Part shown: piece after piece, positions 12,572-25,461 of the stretch
Numbering within the stretch: the stretch's first letter is position 1
How the letters are laid out: every line of letters starts with the position of its first letter
Assembly (NCBI GenBank): GCA_964187785.1
Contig: OZ076409.1
Coordinates: 81,842,001-81,906,000 of the forward strand
Direction of reading: 5' to 3'
DNA from: Amphiscolops sp. MND2022
Lineage: Eukaryota
Length of the DNA stretch: 64,000 nt
Program-made: the position numbers and the translations under genes
Notes under the pieces: generated by a model
The model's input: the letters and a program-made list of their open reading frames with translations, nothing else
What the model was told of the DNA's origin: nothing
Databases searched by the model: none

Positions 12572-13684
12572 TTTGCTGTAGAAAAGTTTTATCTTGAAGA
12601 ATTGAATTTCTTTCAGAGAATATTTTCAAGCAGAGTTAGAGAATTAGAGTTAGACGAAATTGAGAATTCAACTGAATCACACAATTATAAAAGACTGAGT
12701 CCCTCAGTCAATTAAAATCATCCTATATATACCCTCCTAGCATCATTTGATCACGAGCTGAAATCCTAATTTCCTTCGAACAATTAGTCATTTCCTGTAT
12801 TTTCGGTGAAAAAATCATTTGTTTCCAATTTTACGTCGACATTCCGTCAATTTTTGAGACACGATGATCTACATCTTGTATTAGTCATCAAGCATAATCA
12901 TATCATTTCATCCCGGCGTCCTTTTTATTTCCTCCCAAGCAGGAAGTAGATATTACTTCAGTCTGTCAAACCGGAAATGATTCCCCGTTTTACTGCTTTG
13001 GTTCGTTAGAAATTGACGCTGAGGTGACGCTGACGTGAACAACTAATGCTTGATTTTGAAATTTAAGTTGAGGAAAATGCTATGACTAATGTTTGCAGCC
13101 TTAGAATTTCTAATGATGCTAGGAAAAGTGGAAACGAAAGTTATAGGACTAGTAACAATTTCTAAATTGGGCTCAATTTAGATGGTTATCAACTAATTAG
13201 AACAAGTCAACGAAGCATTAACGTTTACATTAGAGTACTAAATTAATTTAACTGCAACACTTGGCTATTACAAAATTGTCTAAAAGGTTATGGAAATATG
13301 ACGTGATAATCATAAAATTCAGAGCGTGCAAATCCTCACAATTAAACCTTCATAAAATCACGAGATTATGGGTTAGCGTCCTAACGTCGCCAATTTAGAT
13401 CAACGGAGTAACACATCTAGTCACAATAATAGTTACAAATGCTAAGGAGTTCAAACATGGTTTTTGCATACAACTGAGGCAACAATGAACACAGATATAT
13501 TGAGAAGATACAAATGTAGACAAAATATTAGGAAAAATATGATTAGGTTATCAAAATATAGCTCTCTCTCCAGTTCATATTTCACAGTTAAAATAAGATT
13601 TGGGGAATCTCAAATTGCCTCCATGTCCTCTTCCGATCTTCAGTCGTCGGCAACCACAAGCCAGACCGGGAGCGGGCTGTGACA
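12175..13684 (-). repeat. 5' LTR of element A (1510 bp)
   Basis: TG...CA termini; TATATATA at 12724-12731, about 150 nt upstream of the gag ATG; repeat of 1..756. Confidence 0.93.
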
Positions 13685-14321
13685 CAAGCTATCAACTTTG
13701 TTCTGAATCTCTGGTATAATCTTGTCATTTATGGCAGAACTGATAGCTCTATTGATCTGCATATACATCATGTTCATCATCGAATCCATCTCTTGAGAGA
13801 CCTTTAAATACAGTTCACCGTATAGTTTATCCATAGGGTCTATGAGTCTATCAGGCCTGGAGGTCTCATCCCCATTCCCCATATTTCTGATCTCCTTTTC
13901 TTGACACGAGTTTTGTCTCCGAGTGTGGCCCTGATTCCTTTTGACTGGTCGGTCCATTCACTATATATTTTATTCCTCTTTAAATTGATTTCAAATTGTT
14001 TTCTAGCATAATATCCATACTTTCGTAGTCAAATAAGATATCAATGTCTTAGAATGCCTTGCTCGAGCTTTCTGTTCTGATGTTGAAGGCATGGAAAGAG
14101 CGTTTTCAGGATAGTATTTGTATTTTCCTGTTTTTTTTTGTGATTTTGACTCTCAGAGAGTTTGTACTAAGCGTTCAGAACAAAAAAGTATAACGCATCA
14201 ATATACTACTGCGAAGTATCGAAGAATTGCGTCTGATGTTGGGTGTCCTTCAACCTTCAGTTTATATACCCTGAATGGGAAGACTCATATATCTCATATA
14301 TACCGGCGCTCATATAAGACT

Positions 14322-14732
14322 CATATGTATACCGGCGCTATATCTAAGGCTCAAAAGGCCCAAAGTTTTTAAAATTGTAGAAGCGGGGACAATTTAGACT
14401 TTTTCAAATCCAGTTTGTTGCAAAATATCAAAAAAAGTTGAAGGGAGGACCCTTTGGCAACAAAAAAGTTTCGAAAAAAGGTCGCACAGTGCCGAAAAAA
14501 TTCAAAGGGGGAACCCTGTAGCCCCGTTCGGTTTTGTATCTTACGTTAAAAATTGAGTACACGAAAGAGGGACCCTTTGCACTAACTTAGATACGATTCC
14601 GCTTGCCGGTCCAGAATTTTAGTAGTTCTGTAAAAAGTGTCCACTACGCATACATTCGGTGGTCTAACGACGAAAAAGAAAAAACTTGTCACTGTTATAG
14701 TCGGGCTCATTTTGATAAAATGCGCGGACTAA
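14322..14732 (-). mobile_element. Partial Helentron-like (HINE/DINE-1-type) non-autonomous repeat
   Basis: Shares GGCGCTATATCTAAGGCTCAAAA, the GCCGAAAAA..AAAGGGGGACCC-type core and the terminal TAGTC..GACTAA hairpin with the copies at 34513 and 36303. Confidence 0.55.
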
Positions 14733-15276
14733 TAATCTCCCAAGACAATTTGCCTTAACAGCCGTATGCGACCAGCAGTATTTCGTGAGAAGATTATAGT
14801 TGTCATTTTAACTTTTGCATATAAAATGATAAAACACTACATGCATACATTACAGAATGCTGGTTGAGGTTCTTATGTTTAAGTACATTATCAACTGGTT
14901 CGAGCTCAAAAGAGTGGAATTGAAGGAAGGGAAAGGTAGTTAATCATGAAAAACATCACAATTTGGCGTTATTTCTTCTTTCATTTGCATGAAAATTCGA
15001 AAAGAAGCAACGTCATTTTTTGTTCGTTTTCAACCGCATAAACGGGGGAGGAAAATCATGAACTGTGTTGCGTTGTTTTTTTCAAATGCTGCCAAATCTC
15101 TTCATATTTTCACCTTACGTTGAGTAACTTGGCTATTTAGGTTACTTGACTATTGAAGTTACTTGGTAAAATCTAAGTTCGTATTTAGTTCCTATTTGCC
15201 ATTCTACTTTCAAATTATTTTTAATTTCCATTTCCACATTTATACTTGTGAATATTGATTTTCAGATAATTGACAT

Positions 15277-15390
15277 GTCACCATGGCGCAGTTGGCAGTG
15301 CCTGGCAGACACGAGGTCGTGGGTTCGAACCCGGGGATGAAGCGTCATGCTTTTAGCGGAAAATATCACGGTGCTTAGCGGGCGTCTTCT
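15277..15390 (+). mobile_element. tRNA-derived SINE head or tRNA pseudogene
   Basis: A box TGGCGCAGTTGG (15284) and B box GGTTCGAACCC (15322); no intact cloverleaf. Confidence 0.55.
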
Positions 15391-15878
15391 ATGTATATAA
15401 AGCCTCATCCAGCTGATTGCTGTCTACTGCTACTATCGTTTGCGACGGCCATACTGGGCCATTACATTACTGCTAATATGATTGCATAAATGTAGCAAGT
15501 AGGTACTGTGCTCTGATTGGCTGAAACAAGATTTCTACGAATCGTCCGGCTTGCCGGAGGGGCAAGCATTCGACACGTTTCTTATTGCTTGTCTGCTTGA
15601 TGTCAAGTAACCTATTTATAAGTGAATGCAACGTAGTTCACAAAATCACTCGAACTATATTGGCTATAAAATTTTTAGTTTATATAGTTCTGTGGCAAAT
15701 TTTAATTCCATGGGGATTGTTCGTGGAAGGGCTCGTTCGTAACTGTGGGAGATGTATTTAAGGTTTTCGTCACAGGCGGCAGCTAGCGCTGAAAAAAGTT
15801 TTGGAAACCGGTAAAAACTATTTTTATACTACCCAATTTTTTTGAACATATGAGCGATTTTAGCTTATGCATATCACA

Positions 15879-16050
15879 ACAAGCCGGGAACGGCCCAAGT
15901 CGGCGCCATATCTGAGGCTCAAAAATAACAAAAAGATTTCAAAGTGTCAAAGCATTCTCTTCTAAGTACCCGATAAACCCAGAAGTTGGACTGAATTGGC
16001 GCGCCACGGGGGATGCTTTGGAATCCATTCTGTCGCAAATCATCAAAACA
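15879..16050 (-). mobile_element. Terminal fragment of the Helentron-like repeat family
   Basis: Plus strand ACAAGCCGGGAACGGCCCAAGTCGGCGCCATATCTGAGGCTCAAAA, the same terminus as at 34513 and 36303. Confidence 0.55.
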
Positions 16051-16231
16051 ATCGAAGGGCTGCTGTGAGAGCTGGTGCATTTTAGAATCACTGTTGCCAT
16101 GGAGGGAAATCTTTATATTTTATTTCTTTTCCTCGTTTTTCTATCAATTATTTTTGAAATGAGTCAAAAAAAGTGGAAGCTTCAATGCGCAAGATAACGA
16201 GAAGTTGAAACTAATATCGGCAACGGTAGAA

Positions 16232-16315
16232 GATTTGATAGAAATGTACATTGTAGAATGACTATGATGAGATATCTCATCATAGTCCTTCTACATTGTA
16301 CATTTCTATCAAATC
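16232..16315. repeat. 84-bp near-perfect palindrome
   Basis: Centre GAGAT|ATCTC at 16273/16274; two mismatches in 42-bp arms. Confidence 0.9.
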
Positions 16316-16467
16316 ATTTCTATCATATGACATTAACGGAACATATTCAGCGCAACCATTCTTATCGCGCGAACCACTTGAAAGTGTTAAAATTTCATTG
16401 GCAGGTACATAGGCTGCCACTTTACGCCTCATTCATTTCAAGTGCCAAGAACAGAAGCGAAAGGTAC

Positions 16468-17666
16468 TGTCATGCCTGACGCATGATAATACTGAACAAC
16501 GATGCTCTCAACTAAACAACATCAGTAAAAGATAAAGCATGAGCCGGCAATACGCGCCGAAACGTAAATGGAAAAAAGAATGTAGTCATATACACGGCAT
16601 CACTAAAACCAAAAAACTAAAACTCTTCAGTTACATCATTTGTACATTATTTACATGTCATCACATAACAACCCAATCCCATTTTTATTATAATCATACA
16701 CTCTTAACATGACCTTTCTCAAACCATTCCTAAAGTGCATCACGTAATGTAGTTGATATACTATCGTCAGAACCATTTTTAAAGTAACTATTTTATTCAT
16801 TTCTTCATTAGTTAAACCAGGCTATGCTGGTTACTCAACCGCTTCATTTCATTGCTCAATCATATAGCGCTAGTAACATAAACATACTTCATCCCATATG
16901 TAGGTGACGTTGGTGATATAACCACTTCACAGTGCTTTCTAAATTAAAACATTTACATGTAACGATGGTAATATACCACCATTATAGCCCATAATTACTC
17001 ATTTCAATTAGTGTAGTAAAATTAACACATTATGCGTAACGATGGCAACGCAACATCATCGTAAAGCCTCAAATGGTGCAACCACAAGTATGTCGCAATT
17101 ACCACCTCATTACTAGTGCAGTGCTATTGGTCAATACAGTCACGTGACGTTGTCACGTGACCAGCATTGCGAAATCGATAAGAGGTGTAAAAAGACAGTC
17201 ATTAACTTTTGGTATAACTTGACGTTTAGCTGCTTACTACATCATTGCGAAAGATTAATCCTTCTCTTCAAACTTAAATTCAACCTTAAAATCTCAATTC
17301 AAATTCTTTCAACAACTCTAGTTTCTTCGTACAAAATGGTAAATACACAATCTCAGTCAAGAAGTTCCATCCCAGTATTCATGGGTAAAGCAAATGGAAA
17401 CGACCGTGTTAGCGATTCCGAAAGTGAATGTAGCATTCCCGACCTCCTCACAAGAGATCAAATTGATGAATTAGACAATGAAAATCTCATTCATTCTGGA
17501 CAACATTCCGATCAAATGACTATCGACCAACGTTTCTCAAGTATGAATAGACAAATTAATGAGCTTACTGGACTAGTATTGGCTTTAACGGAAAAGTTAT
17601 CCTCCAGTCACGGAGAAGGGAACGATCAAAATACAGTTACCAGTAAGACTAGTGCACGTTCCGACA
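16468..17666 (+). repeat. 5' LTR of element B
   Basis: About 13 substitutions versus 30777..31975 counted by eye. Contains tandem GTCACGTGAC E-box palindromes at 17139 and 17152. Confidence 0.97.
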
Positions 17667-18859
17667 TGGTGACAGGAGTCCCTCAGACCAACTTCCTGGC
17701 GAACCCACACCCAACACATTAATCAACCTCGAAATACCCTCAGCCACCCGCCAGCCAGTTCGACGACATTGTCAGCGAAATTCACCATCTACGAGACACA
17801 ATGACGGATACAGTGCAGCATCCCAAAATCCTGCACACACAAGCCCCACTCTTCAGAGGAAACCGGGAGAAATGTAACGAATTCGAACACTTGCTACTTA
17901 ATCACCTCAGACCGCACCAGCACAAACTGTCTGAAGAGCAGAAACTCACATACTTCCAGAGTTTACTGCGAGACGATGCCATCGAATTCTGGCAATCACT
18001 GAAGATGTCAAGCCAAACCACACTCGCCCAAGTCCTCCGTTACTTCAAGAAAGAGTACGCAAAAGAGGATCTGACGGAAGTAGCGAAATACAAATTCGAT
18101 CAAATGCTCTACGATCCGACAGCTGAGACGTTCAACGACTTTTTGAACAAATTCAAAAAAGTGGCGAAACAAGCATTTGGAGACAAATCGAGCGACATAA
18201 CGGAAACCTTTCTGTTCGCCAAACTGCCCGTCCAGATGCAGAACGAATTGGCTATGGCTGGGAAACACGATGCGTCTATGGAAGAATTACGGACATTTGT
18301 CCAACGACGATGCCAATACGCCCAGCTCATACCAAATACAACGCCACAGCCATTCAACCAGATCAGCGCTCCACAACACAATGCTGCAGAACCTCAGTCA
18401 TCGAACTCCCAACCACCCCAAAACCGGGAGACGAAACGAAAATTCGACGGACAATGCCGCCACTGTGGAATCACAGGCCACAAGTGGGCCGAATGCCGTA
18501 AACGCCTCAGGGAGGAAGCGCAAAACAAAAACAACCACAACCAACAACAACCAGCTCAACCCACCAACACCCAGGACGTCAAACCTAAATACAACCCCTA
18601 GTTGGTGTGCCAAATATGTGGCAAAGTGGGACACTCCGCTCGAGACTGCTACTACAGAAACACGACGACGTCAGCCTACAGAAGCGTCCCGTATTCTAAG
18701 CAGTCGACCGAAGAAAACAAGCAGTTCCGCCGCGACTTCAGACAGACTAACAACAGAGTCTACAACGCGAACGAACTGTCGCACGCCACCAACGATGAAA
18801 CTGATCATGTCGAAGAAACGGAGAGGCACGATGACGTAGAAGACCCAAAAAACTTCTAG
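17336..18859 (+). pseudogene. gag: gag of element B, starting inside the 5' LTR; two in-frame stops (17720, 18599)
   Basis: ORFs 17144-17722, 17801-18601 and 18602-18859 share one frame. MVNTQSQ start; knuckles CRHCGITGHKWAEC and CQICGKVGHSARDC. Confidence 0.92.
17667..17681 (+). promoter_or_regulatory. Primer binding site of element B (TGGTGACAGGAGTCC)
   Basis: Directly follows the LTR terminal CA; identical to the element A PBS. Confidence 0.88.
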
Positions 18860-21800
18860 AGCCACGTCATCCTCCACAATCATACAAAAGTGCGCTACTA
18901 AATCAACGACAACAAACTATAACCCAGACTCGACTATATACTGGAAACAACACGGGGTGGCAGTCCCGTCCTTCAACTTACACTAAGGAGACTACAAACT
19001 TTGTCATCACCCGACATTCGACTAATACTTACTCCATTAAACCAAAAGAGACGAAACCAAGAAGTGAAGTCAATAACATCAATCAGCCTCCCACCAATGA
19101 CACAGCCCCTAACCAAACAAACGCTGATACAACAACCACATCCGCCAAATCACCAAAACCACCAAGAAAGCCGAAGTATGAAATACGTCAGCTGAGTGCC
19201 ACTCTTCAACTGAACAGAAAAGACAGGAAGCTCTATGTACCACTTCAATTCCGTGCATACGAGAACTTCGGCCTACTCGACACCGGCGCAATCCAAAGCG
19301 CCCTCTCTGAAGCTGAACTCCGTCGAATCCTCACCGCACACCCAGCAGCCCTCCTTGAAGAACTCCCTGCTCCAGAGTTCAAGGTACAAATCGCCAATGG
19401 CAATATTGTACCTGTGAGGAAACAAGTCCTTCTACGATTTTTTATCGGCGGCAAAATCTTCGAGGAAACGTTCATGGTCCTCCCGACTATGGGGAACATC
19501 CTCATAGGAATGTCGTTCTTTAAAAAATACTCAGTCACCCTAGATCTCGCCAACAACATCGTCAAATTCCCGGACATCACACTCTAATTGCGACCAGTCA
19601 ACGGCAGATTCAAAAATAAACTACTAGAACTGAAGACCACCCAGAAGATAGTGCTTCAACCAAACCAACAAGTGTTCGCTCCAGTGGTGATTGAACGTGA
19701 TCTAGGCGACATCACCGGGACAGTCGAAGGCTTACCTGCATTTGAACGACGCACGAACCTACTGGTGTCGCCAGCTCTCAGCGAGACCCAGGAGGGCCGG
19801 ACTCATGTCCAGATTACCAATCCACTAGATTATCAGATAACGATCAATGTGGGCACAACTGTAGCATCCTTCAAAATATTGACGCCGAAGCAAGCAACCA
19901 ATCTACAGCCGATGACCGTCCATCAACTGAATCTGATCTCACAGTACCCAGACGAAGCTGAAGCTGTCCTGAACCAGATTTTCCAGGACCCTACTGCCAA
20001 ATCAGACAGACGATGGTACCCTACCCCTGAGACGTGTGATGACCCATCAAAACTGAACAAGATCGAGAAACGAATTTATGAGGAAATCATCAAACTCAGG
20101 GAACAGGAGAAACCTGATCCGACGACGAGCGAAGAGCAACGACACGAATTTCTGGCAAACTTCCAGTGGGAACAATCAATACTGAGCCCGCACGAAAAGC
20201 AGCAAGTTGAGGCCTTATTGGTTAGGTACCATGACATCTTCGCCAGGCATAGACTGGATAATGGGATCAACACCGAATTCAAGATAAAGTTGACACCTAA
20301 ACACGACGAGCCTGTCTATGCACAAAGTCTGCCTACACCGACGAACTTGAAAGACGACCTCCTAGTTGAGCTGGCGTTGATGCAAGAGTACGGTATAATC
20401 ACCACATTGCCGTACAGCAAGTACTCATCACCCATCTTCCCCCAGCGTAAACCGAATGGAAAACTGAGAATACTCGTAGACCTTAGGAGGATCAATCACC
20501 TGTTAAAGAATGACTATAACCAGCACAACCATCCAGTGACAACGATGGCCGATGCAGCACAACATATGGCTGGGAAGCGATACTTCTGCAAACTGGATTG
20601 TTCGCAAGCGTATCACTGCTTGCAGATGGCAGACGAGCAATCAATTCAGTTGCTTGCATTCAACTTTAGAAGCAATACGTTCGCCTTCCTCAGACTGGCC
20701 CAAGGGTTGAACCGGTCCCTGTCAGCTTTCAATAGTACTGTCCGAGAGTACTTGGACCCTCTGGTCAAAGCTGACAAGTGTGCGCAGTACGTTGACGACA
20801 TCGGCATTGCAGCCAGCACTGTTGAAGAATTAGTCGACAACATAGAGGCCGTGTTCACCAAAATCAGACAAGCAGGTCTCAAACTTTCAATGTCGAAGTG
20901 TGCATTTGGTCACCCCGAAATCGAATTCCTTGGTAGAAGCATTACCAGTAAAGGCGTCGGGCCCATCGAGAAGAAGATTGACGACTTCCTGAAAAACATC
21001 AAACTGCCGACGTCAGTGAAATCACTTCAGCGATACATTGGATTTGTACAATTCTACCGGCAGTACATACCGAGACTAGCTGAGAAGTTAGTGCCTCTTC
21101 ACAAGTTGTTGCAAAAGGACGTCAAATTCCAACTCGCGCAAGTCCACAAAGACGCGATATTTGACATCAACGAGAACTTGGCGAATGCTGCTAAACTGTC
21201 ATTGAGGCTACCGCTCCCGGACAAACAGCTAGTGATCATGTGTGATGCCAGCGAGCACGCAGCTGGATACGTTCTCCTGATTGAGGACTACACTGAGACA
21301 AATGACGGACCGACGAAGTCATACGCACCAGTTGCCTTTGGTTCACAAAGGTTTACCGAGGGCCAGATGTCACTCACGATGTACGCAAAAGAGTTCCTGG
21401 CTATGCACTTCGCCTTCGACGAGTTCGCCCATATCTTGTGGGGTGTGAAGAAGCCAACCATAGTCATGACGGACAACAAAGCCCTCACAAGATTCTTTCA
21501 GTCAAAGCGGATACCACCTAAGTTGTGGAACTACTGTGACCAAGCCCTCCAATTCGACTTCGTTCTGGCCCACGTCCCTGGCGTCGAGAATCCAGCAGCG
21601 GATTACCTGTCCAGGATCGACATCAATCCAGCAGACAGGATCCACCTCAAACTGCACGACGAGATACCGGTCTTCAAGGTAGAAATCGACCTGGCGTCCA
21701 AGACGCCCAAGCAAGACGATGACGAGGAAGAGTACATCCCTGACAATCATGATGTACCAGATGTCGCCACGTCATCGAACCAGACAATCCAAACACTGAT

Positions 21801-23862
21801 GACGATGTTCCCGCAACAACACCGTGAAAGTGACGACCAATACAACAGACGTATCGAGGAGATCAGGTCCCAGATACAACCATTTGTGACGCCCTCTGAC
21901 CCAACTCTTCTCTTCACCCGATTTCACCGACGGGACCAGGTCCACATGGTAAATCAGGTATGCCCTTCGGGGGTTTCAGAAATTGTTAAGGATCAAGGCG
22001 AAAGTAGTGACGTACAACGTGTAATTAGGATCCTTACTGTCCAAGAAACACCTCCTAATCACGTGAACTTTGAAAGTACCTTCTTCCAAAAATTGAACCG
22101 TAAAAGACTTGAAGTGGTTAACAACGTCTTGTACAGACAGTTTTTTGACAACGTTGGACACCTAGCTTACCGACAAAATGTAGTTCCTCCAGAAACTACT
22201 GAAGCCATAATCAGGACGATGCATGGCGACCCCATACAGGGACACCCTGGCGCTTCCAAAATGCTAAGTGAACTGGGGAAACGGTACTACATCCCAAACC
22301 TAACTGAAAAAGTGCAAGAGTTTGTAAACAATTGTCAAGAATGTATCAAAGCGAAACCTGCGAAACCTAACACTCTAGTACCTCCACTTGAACCAATATA
22401 CGACCCCTGCAACGGCCCTGAAGACATCCTTGAAATTGATCTCGTAGGTGAGTTACCGCGATCTAATGGGTACTCACACATCCTGACGGCTTGTGATTAT
22501 TTTTCGCGTTACCTGTTTGCTGTCCCGATCCGCAAACCTGATGCGAAGTCCGTCGTTGATGCTCTGCTAGATATTTTCACAAAGCATGCGTATGTACCAA
22601 AGCACATTATCACCGATAAAGGCTCTGCTTTCACTTCACAAATTATAACCGAATTATTGAACAGAGCCGGAATCAAAGTCTCACACGCAACAATCAAACA
22701 CGCCCAATCTATTGGGATGGTCGAAAGGTCGCACCAACGTTTAAAACAGATTCTGAAAATAAACGTCTCTGCGGACCGTCCCCAGTGGGACCGATATGTT
22801 AACCTTGCAGTGATGGCGCATAACACAACTTATCACCAGTCCTTAAAATGTTCTCCGACTGAAGTCTTCCACGGCCGAGTGCCATACAACGCTCTAGACC
22901 TGAAATTTAGCAACCCTCTGAATTTACCACGAAACACTGTTGACACAAAAACATTAGTGGACAACCTGAATACAAAGTTCAAAGAGACGCACGCCAACAT
23001 CATCAAGGCTTTTCACAAATACAAAGCGTACTATGACCGAAAAGCGCAAGCTTCACCACTGAAAGTAAACGACTTCGCCATTCTATTGAATCCTAAAATC
23101 ACAACACAATCTGACAAAATTCCCTTCAACTTCTTTAAATGGGAAGGACCCTACAAGGTAGTCAAAGTCCTATCACATTCAAACTACATCATTAGAAAGG
23201 TGGGTACATTCCGAACACAGTGTGTACATAGAATGCGGCTTCGCCCATTTGTACCACACGACCCCATTGACGACATAGATGACGATGCGAAAAAACACTA
23301 TAGTGATCCAGACGCTACCGACGACCAAACCATATATAACGAAAACTTGCCTGCACCCGATATGCTAACTCCGGCTGAAAACACAACTGAAATCTACACT
23401 AATGAATTTGAGAGTGTCGATAAAGAACACGGAACAATCTTTTACGAACGCGAACAAATGCACGAGGTTCCACCTCTGCCGAACGCTCTGCCCGAAATAG
23501 TTCACCCTGACAAACAATCCGACATGACCGACGTACAACATGGTATCATCTCATATGAACAGGAACAAATGTACGAGGTTCCACCTATGCCCGAGCCATT
23601 ACGAGATACCGTTCACACAAACAACGCTGAACAAGTTGAATCTGAAAGTCTGCCTGAAGAAATGAATTTGCCGATCAACAATGATGTAGGACCAACCACA
23701 TCCTCACCCGAAACACCCGAACCAATCACGCGAAACAATATTACCAGATATAGCCTTAGAGAAGCGCCTGTACCAAAAACATACAATAACTTCCTCGTTC
23801 ACGAGTTACATGCAAAACCAGCACTAGTAAAATTCATGCAACGCAAATCCACAGAGTTTTAG
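18847..23862 (+). pseudogene. pol: pol of element B, reached by a -1 frameshift at AAAAAAC (18847-18853); one in-frame TAA at 19585
   Basis: The -1 frame is open through the LLDTGA protease up to 19585. A 1424-aa ORF follows with YVDD RT, CDAS RNase H, HHCC/DDE integrase and WEGPY. No chromodomain seen. Confidence 0.96.
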
Positions 23863-25461
23863 TTGGATTCAGTTAAAATCTATTTTTCATGTAATTGAAT
23901 GTAGTCTACATCACCACATGCATCAATCATACCTTTAAATTACTTAGTTTACTTTGCGCCATTTCAGTGACGACTGATACTCACTGTCCGACATACTTGA
24001 ATTTCCCGGCAGAGTATATTGTTACTCTCTACCGAGACAGCTGAGCGCGAAAGTAAATACATGCAATGCAGTCATACACACCACATCACATTAACCGGAA
24101 ATTGTCAAGTACATGTAATACACATGCACACGAGTTACTAAATTATGCAATTCACAAAAAATCCCAACCACACGCTTTCAAAGGAATTGCTTCGCAATTC
24201 TGTACTTACCAACCTTATGACAACAGGAATAAACCATTTTAGCAAAAGTAATAGCACACAACCGAACATGCAAAAGAGATAGCTGCCTTAGTTAAGTTAC
24301 GCCGCTGAAATCTAGGCCCGCACTTCCGCCCAAGAAATCATGATGTGGTTCGGCTGTGTGGGTGCGTCGTCAAATGCGCGTCTGTGTGGTTGTACAAACA
24401 TTCAGATGAAGCTTGCTCTTTAGCAAGTGGATTCGGTGTTAGTTTTGTATGGGTTTTTGCGACGGCAAATAACCTTCCCAATCCTATGAACAACATGTAA
24501 AACTTTTCCTAGGACAGTTAAATGCAGTCGTCACCTCTACATCGAATTCAGGTCATGACACTTTCATTCTTACTGTTGATTCGTAGGCTACGCCTCGCGG
24601 CAGGAAGGACAGGACAACAACAAAAAAAACATGCAGTCTTATTCACTACATCACCGAGGATTCGTAACATAGGATGGTACTCACCACCCCTTGTCAAAAA
24701 GTTTAATGGCTATGGGGAAACCCATCTACCATTAAGATTGACGTTAACACTTGACACACGACACGAGTGATGGCGTCGCATGACACACATCAACAATGAC
24801 GACGTCAAGAATAACGCTACATGAGAAATAAACATATGTAAAACTCGACATGAACTGACAGATTGGAATGACACCTAAGTTGGTAAACACCTGTCAAACA
24901 ACCAACTAAAGCACTATAAAAGCAGCTACTCAAAAGTTCAAATCATCTGTAGGAGTTGAGCGACTCCACCCACCCACCAAGCTTCCACCTCTGTCATATG
25001 TAGGCCATTATCATGAATAACGCTGACACGAGGATGGCACTTGGTGAGTGAGAGCTTTTCAATGGTAGTTACCTCGGCGACTACTCTACTAGAACTTGAA
25101 CGACTTGCAAAGCTGAGCCTATCGCTCCAACATTTTGAGACCAGCTATCTAAGTTTACATGCAAATTAGGCTAAAAAATTAGTATAATACAGGCAACATG
25201 TAAATTCTACTCGCGCCACTAAGCCAAGAAAGGACGGAGTCCAAACAAAGTAACGATAACAACAGCATACTAATGACAGAGCGAAAACATGTAAAACCAA
25301 CATGCAAAACACAACTACATGAATCAAGAAAACACAAGTCCATAGTCATGAATAATAACAAATCAAAACAACCGACAAATTGAGGAGCTTTGCTCCCGCA
25401 CTACAGTGTTTTTCTAATGAACGAGGATTCAAGTTTTTCTTTGAGAACGAAGTAGGCACCA

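Larger units (their letters stand above)
1..13684 (-). mobile_element. Ty3/Gypsy LTR retrotransposon A (at least 13.7 kb; 3' LTR truncated by window start) carrying accessory genes
   Basis: Direct repeats 1..756 and 12930..13684. LTR termini TGTCAC...GTAACA on the minus strand, PBS next to the 5' LTR, gag with CCHC knuckles, pol in PR-RT-RH-IN order. Confidence 0.97.

Noticed and set aside
15277..15345. Functional tRNA gene
   Set aside because: A and B boxes are present, but the anticodon arm and acceptor stem do not form.
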